Source of the DNA: Phoronis australis
Taxonomy: Eukaryota; Animalia; Phoronida
Direction: 5' to 3'
Length of the DNA: 63,443 nt
Assembly: GCA_002633005.1 (NCBI GenBank)
Contig: NMRA01000263.1
Span: forward strand, 126,824 to 190,266
Numbering within the stretch: position 1 is the first letter of the stretch; every line of letters begins with the position of its first letter. The translations under genes were made by a program, and so were the position numbers. The notes under the pieces are model-generated. The model searched no databases. It saw only the letters and a program-made list of their open reading frames with translations, and was not told the origin of the DNA. Shown piece by piece: positions 15,501 through 27,500 of this stretch.

Positions 15501-18500
15501 TGCCAAGTCATGCATGCAATCCCTCATTACACACCAATTATGTCATAAACTAAAGCTGCCAATAGAAAGTAATTAACCGTACAAGCCAAAAGCATTCGGA
15601 CAACATAACCCAGAATTCCCTGTCATAATAGTTGGGAAGAAGTCTAATACACCGTCAGAGTAGTCTCCCCTGATGACAGAGAATGAAGGGGAAGTAACTG
15701 GACAGTTAGTAATGTAGCTAAGCCATTCTGTATAATTCCTCCCTAATAGTTATTACCAGCAACGTTTGCTGTTAACAGATAATGGGGAAGCGGTATTTTC
15801 TCTGAATATTTTTGTCTTGTACTGTGCTTGCCTGCAACAAGCAATATATTCTATGTAACCAGCTTGCTTGTGAAAAATGAAGAATGTAAAACTTATTAAT
15901 TAAAGAATACAGTCAGGTTGATGAATTCAAATTAAAGTTGTTTACTATCAGAGTGTAAGGATCATAACCATTTTTGTCTTTTTCTATGTTAAACGTACAC
16001 TTTTGTGCTAAATAATTTAAAAGTTTCCATGAATTATGACTAGACATGGCCTGTTATTAACTGGTGATGTACCACCACCAGTTGGTGCTCTGTTGTGCTA
16101 GGGTTACTGAAACTGTCAATTCAGGGCACAGGAAACTTTAACCAATATCCGAGCTGTTATGTGTCTACAACGTAATAGATTTTTTCATTTCCAAAAATTG
16201 ACAGCACCGACTTCATAGCCCAATAACTTCTACAGCAAAAAGCACAATCAAGCAAAACAGCACATCAATGCATTTGCTATTAGTCAACCACACAATAAAA
16301 TGTCTCAAACTTTGAGTATTCCCGTCCAAAACAAGAGAAATTTCAGAACCAAAAATGGCTTATTTTCATACGATTCAGAGTAGTTTAAAATTTTCTTTTT
16401 AACAGCTTTCCCCACAGGGTTTCCACAAGAACTTAATGCGGCAAATTTCAACATTTTTTGGAAACTGCACTTTCTCAGTCTGTACGACACAATATGTAAT
16501 ATCAAGACAACACAAAGACGCACCTTGCCAGTCAAATCCTTGCTGATCATACACCATACTGCCAAATCGCGTACCCGTGTCCACAGTCCTCGGCTGTCCA
16601 CCCTTGCCTCTACCATCCCGATCAAATCCATACCTGGACGAAACAGAGGTCTCAATTAGGCGATCTCAAAAATAAAAAATAATCTGTAATGTCTCAAATG
16701 AGAAATTCATACCAAAAGCTCTAGGAACTGTCGCTAGCTTTGTGCTGTTATGACTGCTAGACATTATTATCAATTGAAAATCAGAATAGCTCAGCTAAAC
16801 CAGATTAATTATTTTTCTTGCAGTAACAGCCTAGTGGGTTTAAACTACTAGAGAGCTTGCATGTGCGACAATCGTGCAATTTTATGGTGATGGGCCAAAG
16901 TTCATAGTTCACGTGCATCCTTCGGTGCGAAAAATTGTTGAAACTCTTCCCCATGCATACTAGTCAATAACAAGAAAAATGAGTTTTCATCCCCGTTTGG
17001 ATACTTAGATTAAGTATCACTTTAAATAAAAGTTGTTAACATTTTTACTCACAGAAAGTCATGTTTTGAAATCAGTAAATAAACATGCAATTCATTTTCT
17101 GCAGAATTTTGTCCCACATTTTACTTAAGGTCGCACATTTCATTAGAAGGTCGCACATTTCATTTGAAGGTCGCACATTTCATTTGAAGGTCGCACATTT
17201 CATTTGAAGGTCGCACATTTCATTTGAAGGTCGCACATTTTATTTGAAAGTAGCACATTTTCCAGTCTTGTAGGGAGGTTGGGCTCAGGATTTTGCCAAT
17301 CCGAATTGAGGTCTGAATCACGATAACAAAGAGCACACTGCACAAACCTGTCGTATCCATCTTTACTGAAGCCATACAGAGCAGAGAGTAGCCTGGCTGT
17401 ACGTGTACAGCATGTGCCCATCACACAATGCTGTTGACAAGCCTCCAGTGACTTGAAGTTGTTAGCATTTCCAGCACAACCGTTGTAGGTAAATGGCTCA
17501 CAGGCTATCGTACGGAAGTTGTAGAACCAACGTTGGCTGCCTTTATCACAGCTTCCTAGAACCAAAATGTAATTAAGCAACGTCAAGAGTTGCAAAATTA
17601 TGAACAAAGTATGTCGCATTTTCATGATAACAAAGTAAACTATTACGTTGGAAAACATTGATGTCAATTGGCATTTTTACAGACAAGGAAAAACCCCCAC
17701 AAATTACTGTGATGATTTACAAACTAGGTACAAGGATACGAGGTAGCATGTATCCAATATTAGCAGCCAGCTTACTGAGCAGGCAATCTATCCAATATCA
17801 ACTGCTAGCTTTCTGAGCAGACGATGAGCTTGACCTAATTAGTGCTTCACGGGGCTTCAAAACATCAGTAAAATTGCAATTCAGTTAATATTTTAATTTA
17901 AAAGTCTTGAAAATCAGAAGCCTTCCTTCAATACACAGACGTGTACCTGAGTCCATGGGCAGTGCACACACTTGAGATGCCGTCCACTCGCATGTGGGGC
18001 CCTGATACCCTGGTGGGCACATACAGGTGGTGAGACTAGGATTACTTGGCCACTGGGACTGTGAGCATGTGCCTCCATTCTTGCATGGGTTTGGATGGCA
18101 CGGATCGGCTGAAAGCAAATTAATGTGCAAAGACTGTTGTCTCCCCGTGTGTCACGCAATATGAATTGACCAATGCCAACTGTGCAATAATTGCTGTACT
18201 GTCAGTGCTAGGAGAGCACCTGCCATCCTTTGTCTGTTCATGGGCCAAACCCATGATTTTCTACATAAGGGTCAGAATTCAGCAATCTAACTCAAGGTGG
18301 TACTCGAAACTCAATTAAAAGTCGATGAATTGCATGGGATGCTTCGAGTTAACTCAAAAATGTGTAGTACTACTCCATGATTCATTTTCGAGTCTGTATC
18401 TTAGTCAAGTCTCGGTTTGGAGATCAGATCCTGAACCAAAATGTTAACAATACCAACAACTGTTTCATTAACGCCACATTTACAGAGTGAAAAGGGGGAA

Positions 18501-21500
18501 GATTATGTAAACAAACACCAGCAGATTTACATCTGTTCAGTTTAAATTACAAAAGTTGCAAAGCAAAGACTTGATGAGGTCAAGGCCTGGGGGTTAACTG
18601 GATTAAAATCTATTAATGAAAGAGTAATGCTTTTTAGGAGGGCCCCCAGAGACAAGGATACAACAAGGTTAGAACTATTTGACTAATCACATGATATGGC
18701 TTGCATAAACTTCAAAATATCATGCAATGATATAGACCAATTTCCTCGTCAAGTTTTGAGAAAAGTAACTTTGCTGATCTCTGGCCCTAGAATTAGAACA
18801 GTTTACACTTTTGGTGACTTTTTATTGAAGAGACATTCATTATTAACTGATGCTATAACTCCATCTGGGCGTGGATTCATCCATTGACATACACGAATCA
18901 TGTGATGACTAATGCCATTGCAGTCAAAGTCAACAAACGTCTTGCCCTTACTTGTATCTGGTGTGCAATCTACACGTCGACCACGGTGATACCAAACTGC
19001 CTGGCAGTCTCCGCAAAAGTCGATCGTACAAGTGGCTGATGGGAAGGCAGCACACATCTCAGTCTCACATGGATTACTGGTGCACATAGCAACCTGCTGA
19101 TTGTAGTCACAACCACACGTGTGGAGGATGGGGGTCGTATCGAAGCAGAAACGTTGAGAACTGATTGGCAGCTTCGGTGTTACCTCTACTTTAACACCCA
19201 CTGTAAAAAGGAGAGAGATAGGACACGAGTTAAATCTCCAAAAGTTCACTCACTTGGACACTGTAACCCACGCCTATAACATACAATTAACAAATTATCC
19301 ATTCCTGCATTGGCACCTGCTTGCACCATCGGAAAGCTTCATGCTATTTCCAATTTAAAACAGTAACTTTTTACATTTACCAGACACTTCCGGCTGGGCT
19401 TGAAATGACCAATGACAAAGGAGAGGAAAAATTTCAAGGTGATGTATCTTTCTACAAATAAATAGGTTTGTGTGATAGAAATAACTAGTAAAATTTAACT
19501 GAAATGAATGTTTTTGCAACGATAAAAGATTACACTAGACAGAAAAGAGGAAACTGGAAATCAAAGAAGAGGAAATTGAAAGCAAAAGAGGAAATCCTCT
19601 TAAAGGAGGAAAATTCAAAGTCCTGTTCTAGGCACTGATCAAAAAATTACCAGCAGTTGGAAAACTAACATTCAATTTCAAGAAAACATCAATCAACCTA
19701 CTCTGTATGTTCCCTGGCCTGCTTATCCAGTACTGAGTGAACAAGCTGTTAGACACGGGCCCTAAACCTGTACATGTTCTGGCAAGAGTTTGTAGAAATG
19801 CCTTGGGTTGGTGGTGCAGAATCTCCATAATGATCTTGGATTGCCATGGACCGATGGGTCTAAGATATGAGTAGTTGCACACAGGTGTCGCTAGTGGCTC
19901 TAAGAGGACTTGATACTGGCGAATGACTTCAGATGTCAGACCTACATAAGGAAAACATCGTAAATGGACTTTGTGGAAAGCACTTTCTAGTAATTAGCCC
20001 TCAGACCCACAATTCATTTAACAAGCACAGAGTAAGCTGGGTCTGACTGAACGAAAATTTTATGTGAGTAAGGCGAATTCAAAGGTAAAAATCATAAAAT
20101 AAGACAAGTCGTTTTGCAAAATGTCTTACTTTTACGTTTTACTCCGACATCAAGTTTTCAAAAAAAATTTTACTGCACAAGCGTACTCAAATTTCTGGTG
20201 CCCATTCTGGACCCAAATTACTTTTTCAAGTTATCAGTCTGTCATCAACAATTTCTAAAAAAAATTTGGAAAGGAAATTTACGTAATATCAGTGACTTAC
20301 TGCTGGTGTCGAGGCACCCTACATCAAATCCACTAGTGACCCTGTTGCCGAAACGGTCCTTTCCTTGGCGGTCCACTCCATAAATGTTGAAGCCATATTT
20401 GTCAAACCCATAACGATCATAGCCCTCTCTGTCATAGCCCCTAAAGTTATAGCCATCTCTGTTATAACCTGAGAAATAAAGGCAGTAAATTGTACAGTAT
20501 TACCTTGGAGGTTATATCAATCCTCACATATCCTGAAAAATAAAAACAGTGAATTTGACATTGATTTTATAATCGTGAAGTTTATAAACTCCTGTTATAA
20601 CTTGAGAGAAATAGACAGTAAATTGTGCTTCACAGCAGTTGAGGTTATGACCATCCCTAGTGTAACCTGAAGAACATGCAGAAGCAGAGGGCTATGGAAG
20701 AACAAACGAGTTACTAACTACTTATGTCTAAAATTTTGGTAAGCAAAGACAACCTTAAGTATACCGTTGAACACACATTGAGGGATAGACATAAATACCA
20801 AATGACCCCAAATGTTTTGTGGTTCACTATGACAGTAACAGGTGACCATACCTTGTCTATCATGACCATGTCTGTCGTATCCACGCCTATCATAGCCAGT
20901 TCTGTCATACCCATAGCGGTTATAGTCATCGTATCTATACAGGTTCCTGGTGTCCAATCTCCCTGCTGAGTCACGTCCGTGGATATTGTAACCGTCACGA
21001 TCATAACCTCGGCGATCAAAGCCCCATCTACATGAAGTAAACATGAAAAACAAATGGTAACACACAGCTTCTCTATGAGAATTGTAAGATTGTATGAGCA
21101 GTTACATGTGGTAATTTTCCACTTAATATTTAGTACACAATATGACTGAAATTCTATTATTAGATTTCTCCACAAAAATAAAGATTACAAACATTTTAGT
21201 CTAGTACAAGCATGGTTTGCAATGTGTAGATGTAAAAAAGCAGCAAACAGTAATCAGCTATAAGATTGAAAAATGGAAAATGACCACTTTGTCAATTATT
21301 GTTATGAGAATTCAGAGGACAATTACCACAGTTAAGAAATAGTACAGCAGTGAGAAAGTGTGGATAGATTAGCTAGCATCACAAATGAAGAATTCACTTT
21401 GCTCAAACAATGGTACTGACAGTGAAAAAGTGATGCTTCAACTCAATGCAGATTCTTAAAAGAAAGCACCGCACCAGATAAAATGCAATTAATCCTTCGT

Positions 21501-24500
21501 GACAGATACTGAATATGAGGCCATTACCCCAGTGTGGTCAGTAAACCTGCTGCCAAATCAGATACACAGGATGTGATCATAACACCTACTTGACGAAGCC
21601 ACTCAACTGAGGTATTATTACAATTTTAACAAAGTACACAATAACAGAAACAAATTAGTCACGTCAAATTTCATTTCTTAAAATTTCTCGTAAAAAATAA
21701 CAAGGAAATTTGACTTCAGTGTTGGCTTAGTTCATACTTCAAGATTGTCACCAAGCAATATTGACACAATTTTGAGCATTAATAGCAAAGTACTAAGACT
21801 TTAAGATTTGAAAAATGTCAAATTTAAAAAATAGCTTTGTTCCACTGTATCAGAAACTGTGTAATCAGACTTTGAAAAATGACAATTTAGCAATCACTTG
21901 TGTGTGAGCAACTGTCAGAAGAATTGCCATAGGTTTTTAACTGGCCCTCGTTCTTATTGGCATTGCATGATTACGGTACATAATATCCACCACACATCCA
22001 TACCACTAACCTGTCATAGCCATGCACATCATAACCATCATAGCCATACACCTGTAGTGTGTCATTACAAGGCAAACCGTCAGATGGTAACTCATACTTG
22101 ACACATAATGCAGTGGAATCAACAACAGACTTGGCCAAGACATTGAACGGCATCAAGACTACATCTGAGACTTGAGGTGGCAACGTTTTCTTGTTGACAG
22201 CGTCGCCCAAATCCTGCCACCGTGTGTAAAGCATATCGATGTAGCTGTGGAACGCATAAAACAATGGGTCGTTTGTAGCGGTGGATAGCGCCATGTCACC
22301 ACCAACAAAGTTGCGGGCATAGACTGCGACCTTTCGGAGCAACTGGCTTAGTTCCAGGTAGGATTTGCTTTTCAATGCAATGGCTATCTCCACTGCGTTT
22401 GGAATTGTCACTTTTTTGTTAAACTGCCTCCGTATGCATGGCCTCCAGGACCCTGGTGGACCAAATGGGTGATCAGGTACACAACCGTCACTGCCACCAT
22501 CTCCTCCGAAGTAGTTAGGTTGCCAAACGATGGCATTTGAGAAGTCGCCAACATCAGTAGTGAAATCAAAATAAGGTATGGTAATGTCGCAGTCAATTTC
22601 TCGTAGTTTCTGTTCCATGCGATGAATAAACAGCCTATGCCAGGGAAGGAACAGTGCCAGGCTGTTTGATTGGACGATGAAATAGGAATACATGTTACGA
22701 TACTTCGACCAGACGTCATCTGCCTTATCTAGACGAAGTCTTTGAACAGCTTGTTGAAATTTGAACATCTCGCTCCTGGTAAGATCACGTATTTCTTTTC
22801 TGACATGTGTCTTTGAACAACTGAAATTACAACCACCACATTACAGACCATTTAACACATATACATCATTTTTATACAAGATTACCCTTATTATCAGATG
22901 GGGTTGTTATTTCATACTCTAGACATTCAAATAGTGCCCTCCTTGGTGATAATTCATCAAAATCTCATGTATGGTCTAAAAGCTGACAAAGTGTAATAGA
23001 CTATTTGCATGACATGTATAAACGCTAGCAATGCAGATACATCCGGAAAATAAAAATCCTTTGACATCATTCCTACACAGCCAAAACATCACACACGAGT
23101 GTATAACTTAGCGAGTAAGATCAGGCTCAAAACTCACTCCAAGAAAACCCTAAGTTACCCTATGCCAAATTGTTATCGAAATGTTCATTTAACAATTGTT
23201 TGAATGGTTTATTACACAGTAGTTGTCTATGGGTTCACACTGACACAGTATTTGATATACAAAAAGTTATGTACATGAGGTACCACAACCAACGAATCTT
23301 ACAAACATTACACAGGAAGTTCGTGTGCGCTGTTGATACATTTTATCTTCATTGCGTGTACATCGAATTACTTGCAAATCACAAAAGTCAAGCGTGAATT
23401 GCCCTGTACAAAAAAATTACCTGCAAACTATTTCGTGATCCCTCACACACTGGCAGGTGTCACACCCCACCCGGAAGGTCTCCGATACTTTGTACGTGGT
23501 GTTGTCGTACCGACATCCCTGCTCGATTGGTCGACACAAGTTTTCGGCACAGGTAACTCCAGGTATGAAACACACCACGTCGTTGTCACTAGTCTTATCA
23601 AGACTTCGGCATGTCGCCATGTTGTACTCCTGGATCGCAACATTTATAATGCATAATTTTAAAAACAAATAATAATGTTCACCATAATATATACATAAAG
23701 TAAAATCTCCATAAGTCAAAAGCATTAAGTTGGTTTTTCATTTATTTACGAAATTTCCGCTTTGGTAATGCTGCCGTATTTCAAATGCATTGTGGCACGG
23801 TTATCGGCTCGTAAACCTGCCGTGACATAACAGATAACTGGGTGACGTGTAAATCATGACGTCACTTGCGTGCACCAGAATTGAAAAAACCAAGCCTTTT
23901 TGGTAAGAGTACAACAAAGCAACTATCACAGGAAAATGAGAGATTAAACACCAGCCTCAAAATGCACCGAATAAATACTGAGATTAGCAGACTTTTGCAA
24001 AAAAGATTCTCATGGAATATGCCATCGGACAACACTGAAGTTAAATCTCACCACCTGCAATACAAATTATGAATCAGGTTGTATGTTCACAAATTATCTA
24101 CGATATCACTGAATGCTTATGAGAAAACAAGCCCCCCACAATGCATTTGAAAAAGACAGCAGCCCAGCAGATGAAATCTCCGGAATTAGGATGTAATTCC
24201 ACCGTGTGGTTATTAAACTTCCTGCATTCAGTCTTTCAGATATTTTTTTACTCCGGTAGGATAATACCAAGTGAACTTTATTGTAGAACCAAACCAGCAG
24301 GCCCAAAACACTTTGAGTCACAGATATGCAGTCAACATCATCCAATCTCCATACACATAGTGATCATGGAATTCTCTCTACCTGGATTTTGAGGATCAGT
24401 CAGAATGCACAGGATACTGGCAACTGGACTGTATTTTCACTATGGACTAGTAACTAGTCTAGCAATTAAGGATATTATCAGACTCTGGCTGATAGAATTA

Positions 24501-27500
24501 ACCCTGGTAAAATAATCAAACAAGAATGTCATCTGGCTTGGTCAGATCAACGTAACCCTGGTATAATAACTAAGTATCTTAAAGGAACTCTCTTCTCCAC
24601 AGCACCTCTGTGCATTATAAGTAAAGAATGAGATAACATTAGATTTACTCGCAAGATTCTTGTGTCCAAGGTACTCACTCAAAACTTTCTAATGGTGTAT
24701 GCACCCCCCCCCCCCATAAAGGCACAGCTGGTGCCTGTAGACGGACATTCATATGGCAATCCTTGAGTGATAGATTTGAACTATGGTTTGTCAACAATGT
24801 ATTCAAACTCTGAAATAGGGTGAGTTCACACTTCTGGTTTTCCAAGAAAATATGAATTTCAATATACGTAAACATCACACAATCTTACAGTAACAATTAT
24901 TCAGTTTGGAACATAGTATGATATAAAACTTCATTCCGTCAATTTTTTAACAAATTAGAAAAACATAAATTTCAGGAAATTTTATTTTGCTAGAAACATG
25001 GTTTGCATGGTATAACTGTTACCAAACTACATTATGTTACTGGATGTGATAAGGCATTGACAACAATGTAGTAAGCAATTATGGAAATAGGAAAACACCA
25101 ATTTTAGGAATTATCTTTGTCTTGAACTATTGAATTTTCTTTAAATATTTATTGTAAACAATATATATATATTTCCTTTGTATTGCATGAAAATGATGTC
25201 CAAAGAGTGTTAGTTATGATTTTTTTCACAGAGATCACTATAATTTCGCACAAAATTCACGATTTTGTTTTTCCATTTTATGAGCTTGTCTGAGACCTTT
25301 TCTAGGCAGAACTCAGCAGTCAAAAATCAAGTCTCACTTTTTCAAGGAATGTTGGGATCATCATTTTTGACAGAGGAAGGGGTAAAAGGAAATCCAACAC
25401 ACATTATGTAACTAACACCGAATTTTCAGGTGATATACTAAATATTTAATGTTCAAGGAAGTTCAGTGAATTCTATGAAAAATTATAATTTCTTTAAATC
25501 TAGACATGTGATAATAATGAAGGTGATTTTAATTAGTAAACTGAAACTAGAAGAACACTTTGAAATTGGAGATTAATGGGCCTCCAGAACATGTGCATGG
25601 CCTCATTTCACTATTTCAAATCAAAAGGTTACCATACACATGTCATCCTGCAATACTAACAGTTCCTCAAAACACCAATACACACACCACACCTCCGAGA
25701 ACAACGCAGAAACAGTTGACTTACCTCACACTTATACTCAACTCTTGTTGAGGCTGACCCAGTTCGGTACGTACAAGCACCCACCAAACAGGCTCCCTCA
25801 CACTGAGAAACACTGAGAAAGTTGTTAGGGTTCCCATTACATCCTGTTAATAAATATTTATGAACCTGTTAGTATCACCTTCAAACACACAACCACAGTG
25901 ATGGGAACAAGAACATTACTGCTAAATCAATTGGTCACTTGGCAAGTTAAGTACTGCAGTATGTCTCTTAAGCTTTGTTGTGTTGTAGGAACTGATCTCT
26001 GTATGAGCTTAACTTGAGCTGTAAACTACTTATTGAAAACCACAGTACTGAGCATGAGTAAGACACACAAAAGTACCTGTATTAAGAAATGCACCACATG
26101 CAAAACACCTGAGAGTTCAAAAGTGAAACACTTGAGAGCACTTTTTCAAGACATAATACAATGAAGTAAAGCTCTATATCTGTGCATGTACAGCACTAAT
26201 GCCCATTACCACTGATATCTCTGAGGTTTGTAACAAAACACTTAACAGAATATAAGTGGTGGTTTTCCATGTTCTTCAAGGAAGCATCAAGCTTGAATAA
26301 AACACAATCTCTGCATAAGAGCATATTCACAGACAAAAACAGATTTCCTACCAGAAAACAGGAATGGCTGACAGTTCTGCAGACTTGCATCATAGTAGTA
26401 TCGTTGTGTGGGTGATGCACCACACTTCTCCCCTTCTTCCTTCTGGTAGACGCAAGGATTAGTCTTGTGTTGGCATTCAGGACCGGTACACCATGGTGGA
26501 CACACACAAGTGTAATTTTTATAGCCAGGGTTGCCAGCACATGTGCCACCATTCAGACACGGGTGATTAATGCATGGATCTGAAACAAATATAAACAGGG
26601 AGCTTGTGGAAAAAATGAAGGTCAGATTATTAATTAAGTATGGCAATAGTCAATTGTATAGAAGAACGGCTACAGATGTGTGCCCATCACAAAGTAGAGA
26701 TTTGTGGGATATTTCTTCGTGCCGCATGTTATTTGGAAAATTGAGTTGTTTTATCTGCTGTGAGAGAATAAAAACCCATAACCCATTGCAAAAGTGATAC
26801 TTCCTCATCCCTGAGCAGGAAGTTGTGGAATGTTATTTCTTACTGCCACCTGCTGGCTGGAAAAATTCTCCACTTATTTTGCACAAAAATTATTGCCAAA
26901 ATTGTCAATTCTCCATTTTTCAAAGGCTGATTACTTTAACAGTGGCGGATTTAGAGGGGGGCCAAGTGGGTCAAATAAGTCAAGAATTTGCTTACTTTTT
27001 GTGATGAGGGGCCCTAAGTGCTAAAGTAAAAACTTTCGCAAGCTAGACACCTTGCATAAGTTGATGCTGCATCGACTCAGACTGCCGTGTACATTTGGTA
27101 AATGGCCTATGCAAAATTCCTCAATCACTGATAATTCGTTAATGATTCGCACAGTGCCATTGCCAGTCAACTGGTGCATTATTGTCAATATTCACACCAC
27201 TGTGTCCGTATGAGGCACAAATGAAACGGCTGATAATAGCAAAATATCACGTTATCGATAGGGGTCCATTATTCACAATCAATGACTATTTTCATAAACC
27301 ACTTTGATGAGCGGATTGCCAGATCTAAGATACGCCCTTCTTGGCTACAGCCAGATGTTCCAACTTTAATAAAACGGATCTCCGGCTATGACCTTCAGTA
27401 AGTTTTTGTTAAACTGGCAGTGCGCACCACAGTGCATGGACGTAATTTACCTTCCTTTACAGTACAAAGCCTCTCAAAAGAAAATCACGCCGAGGAAGAA

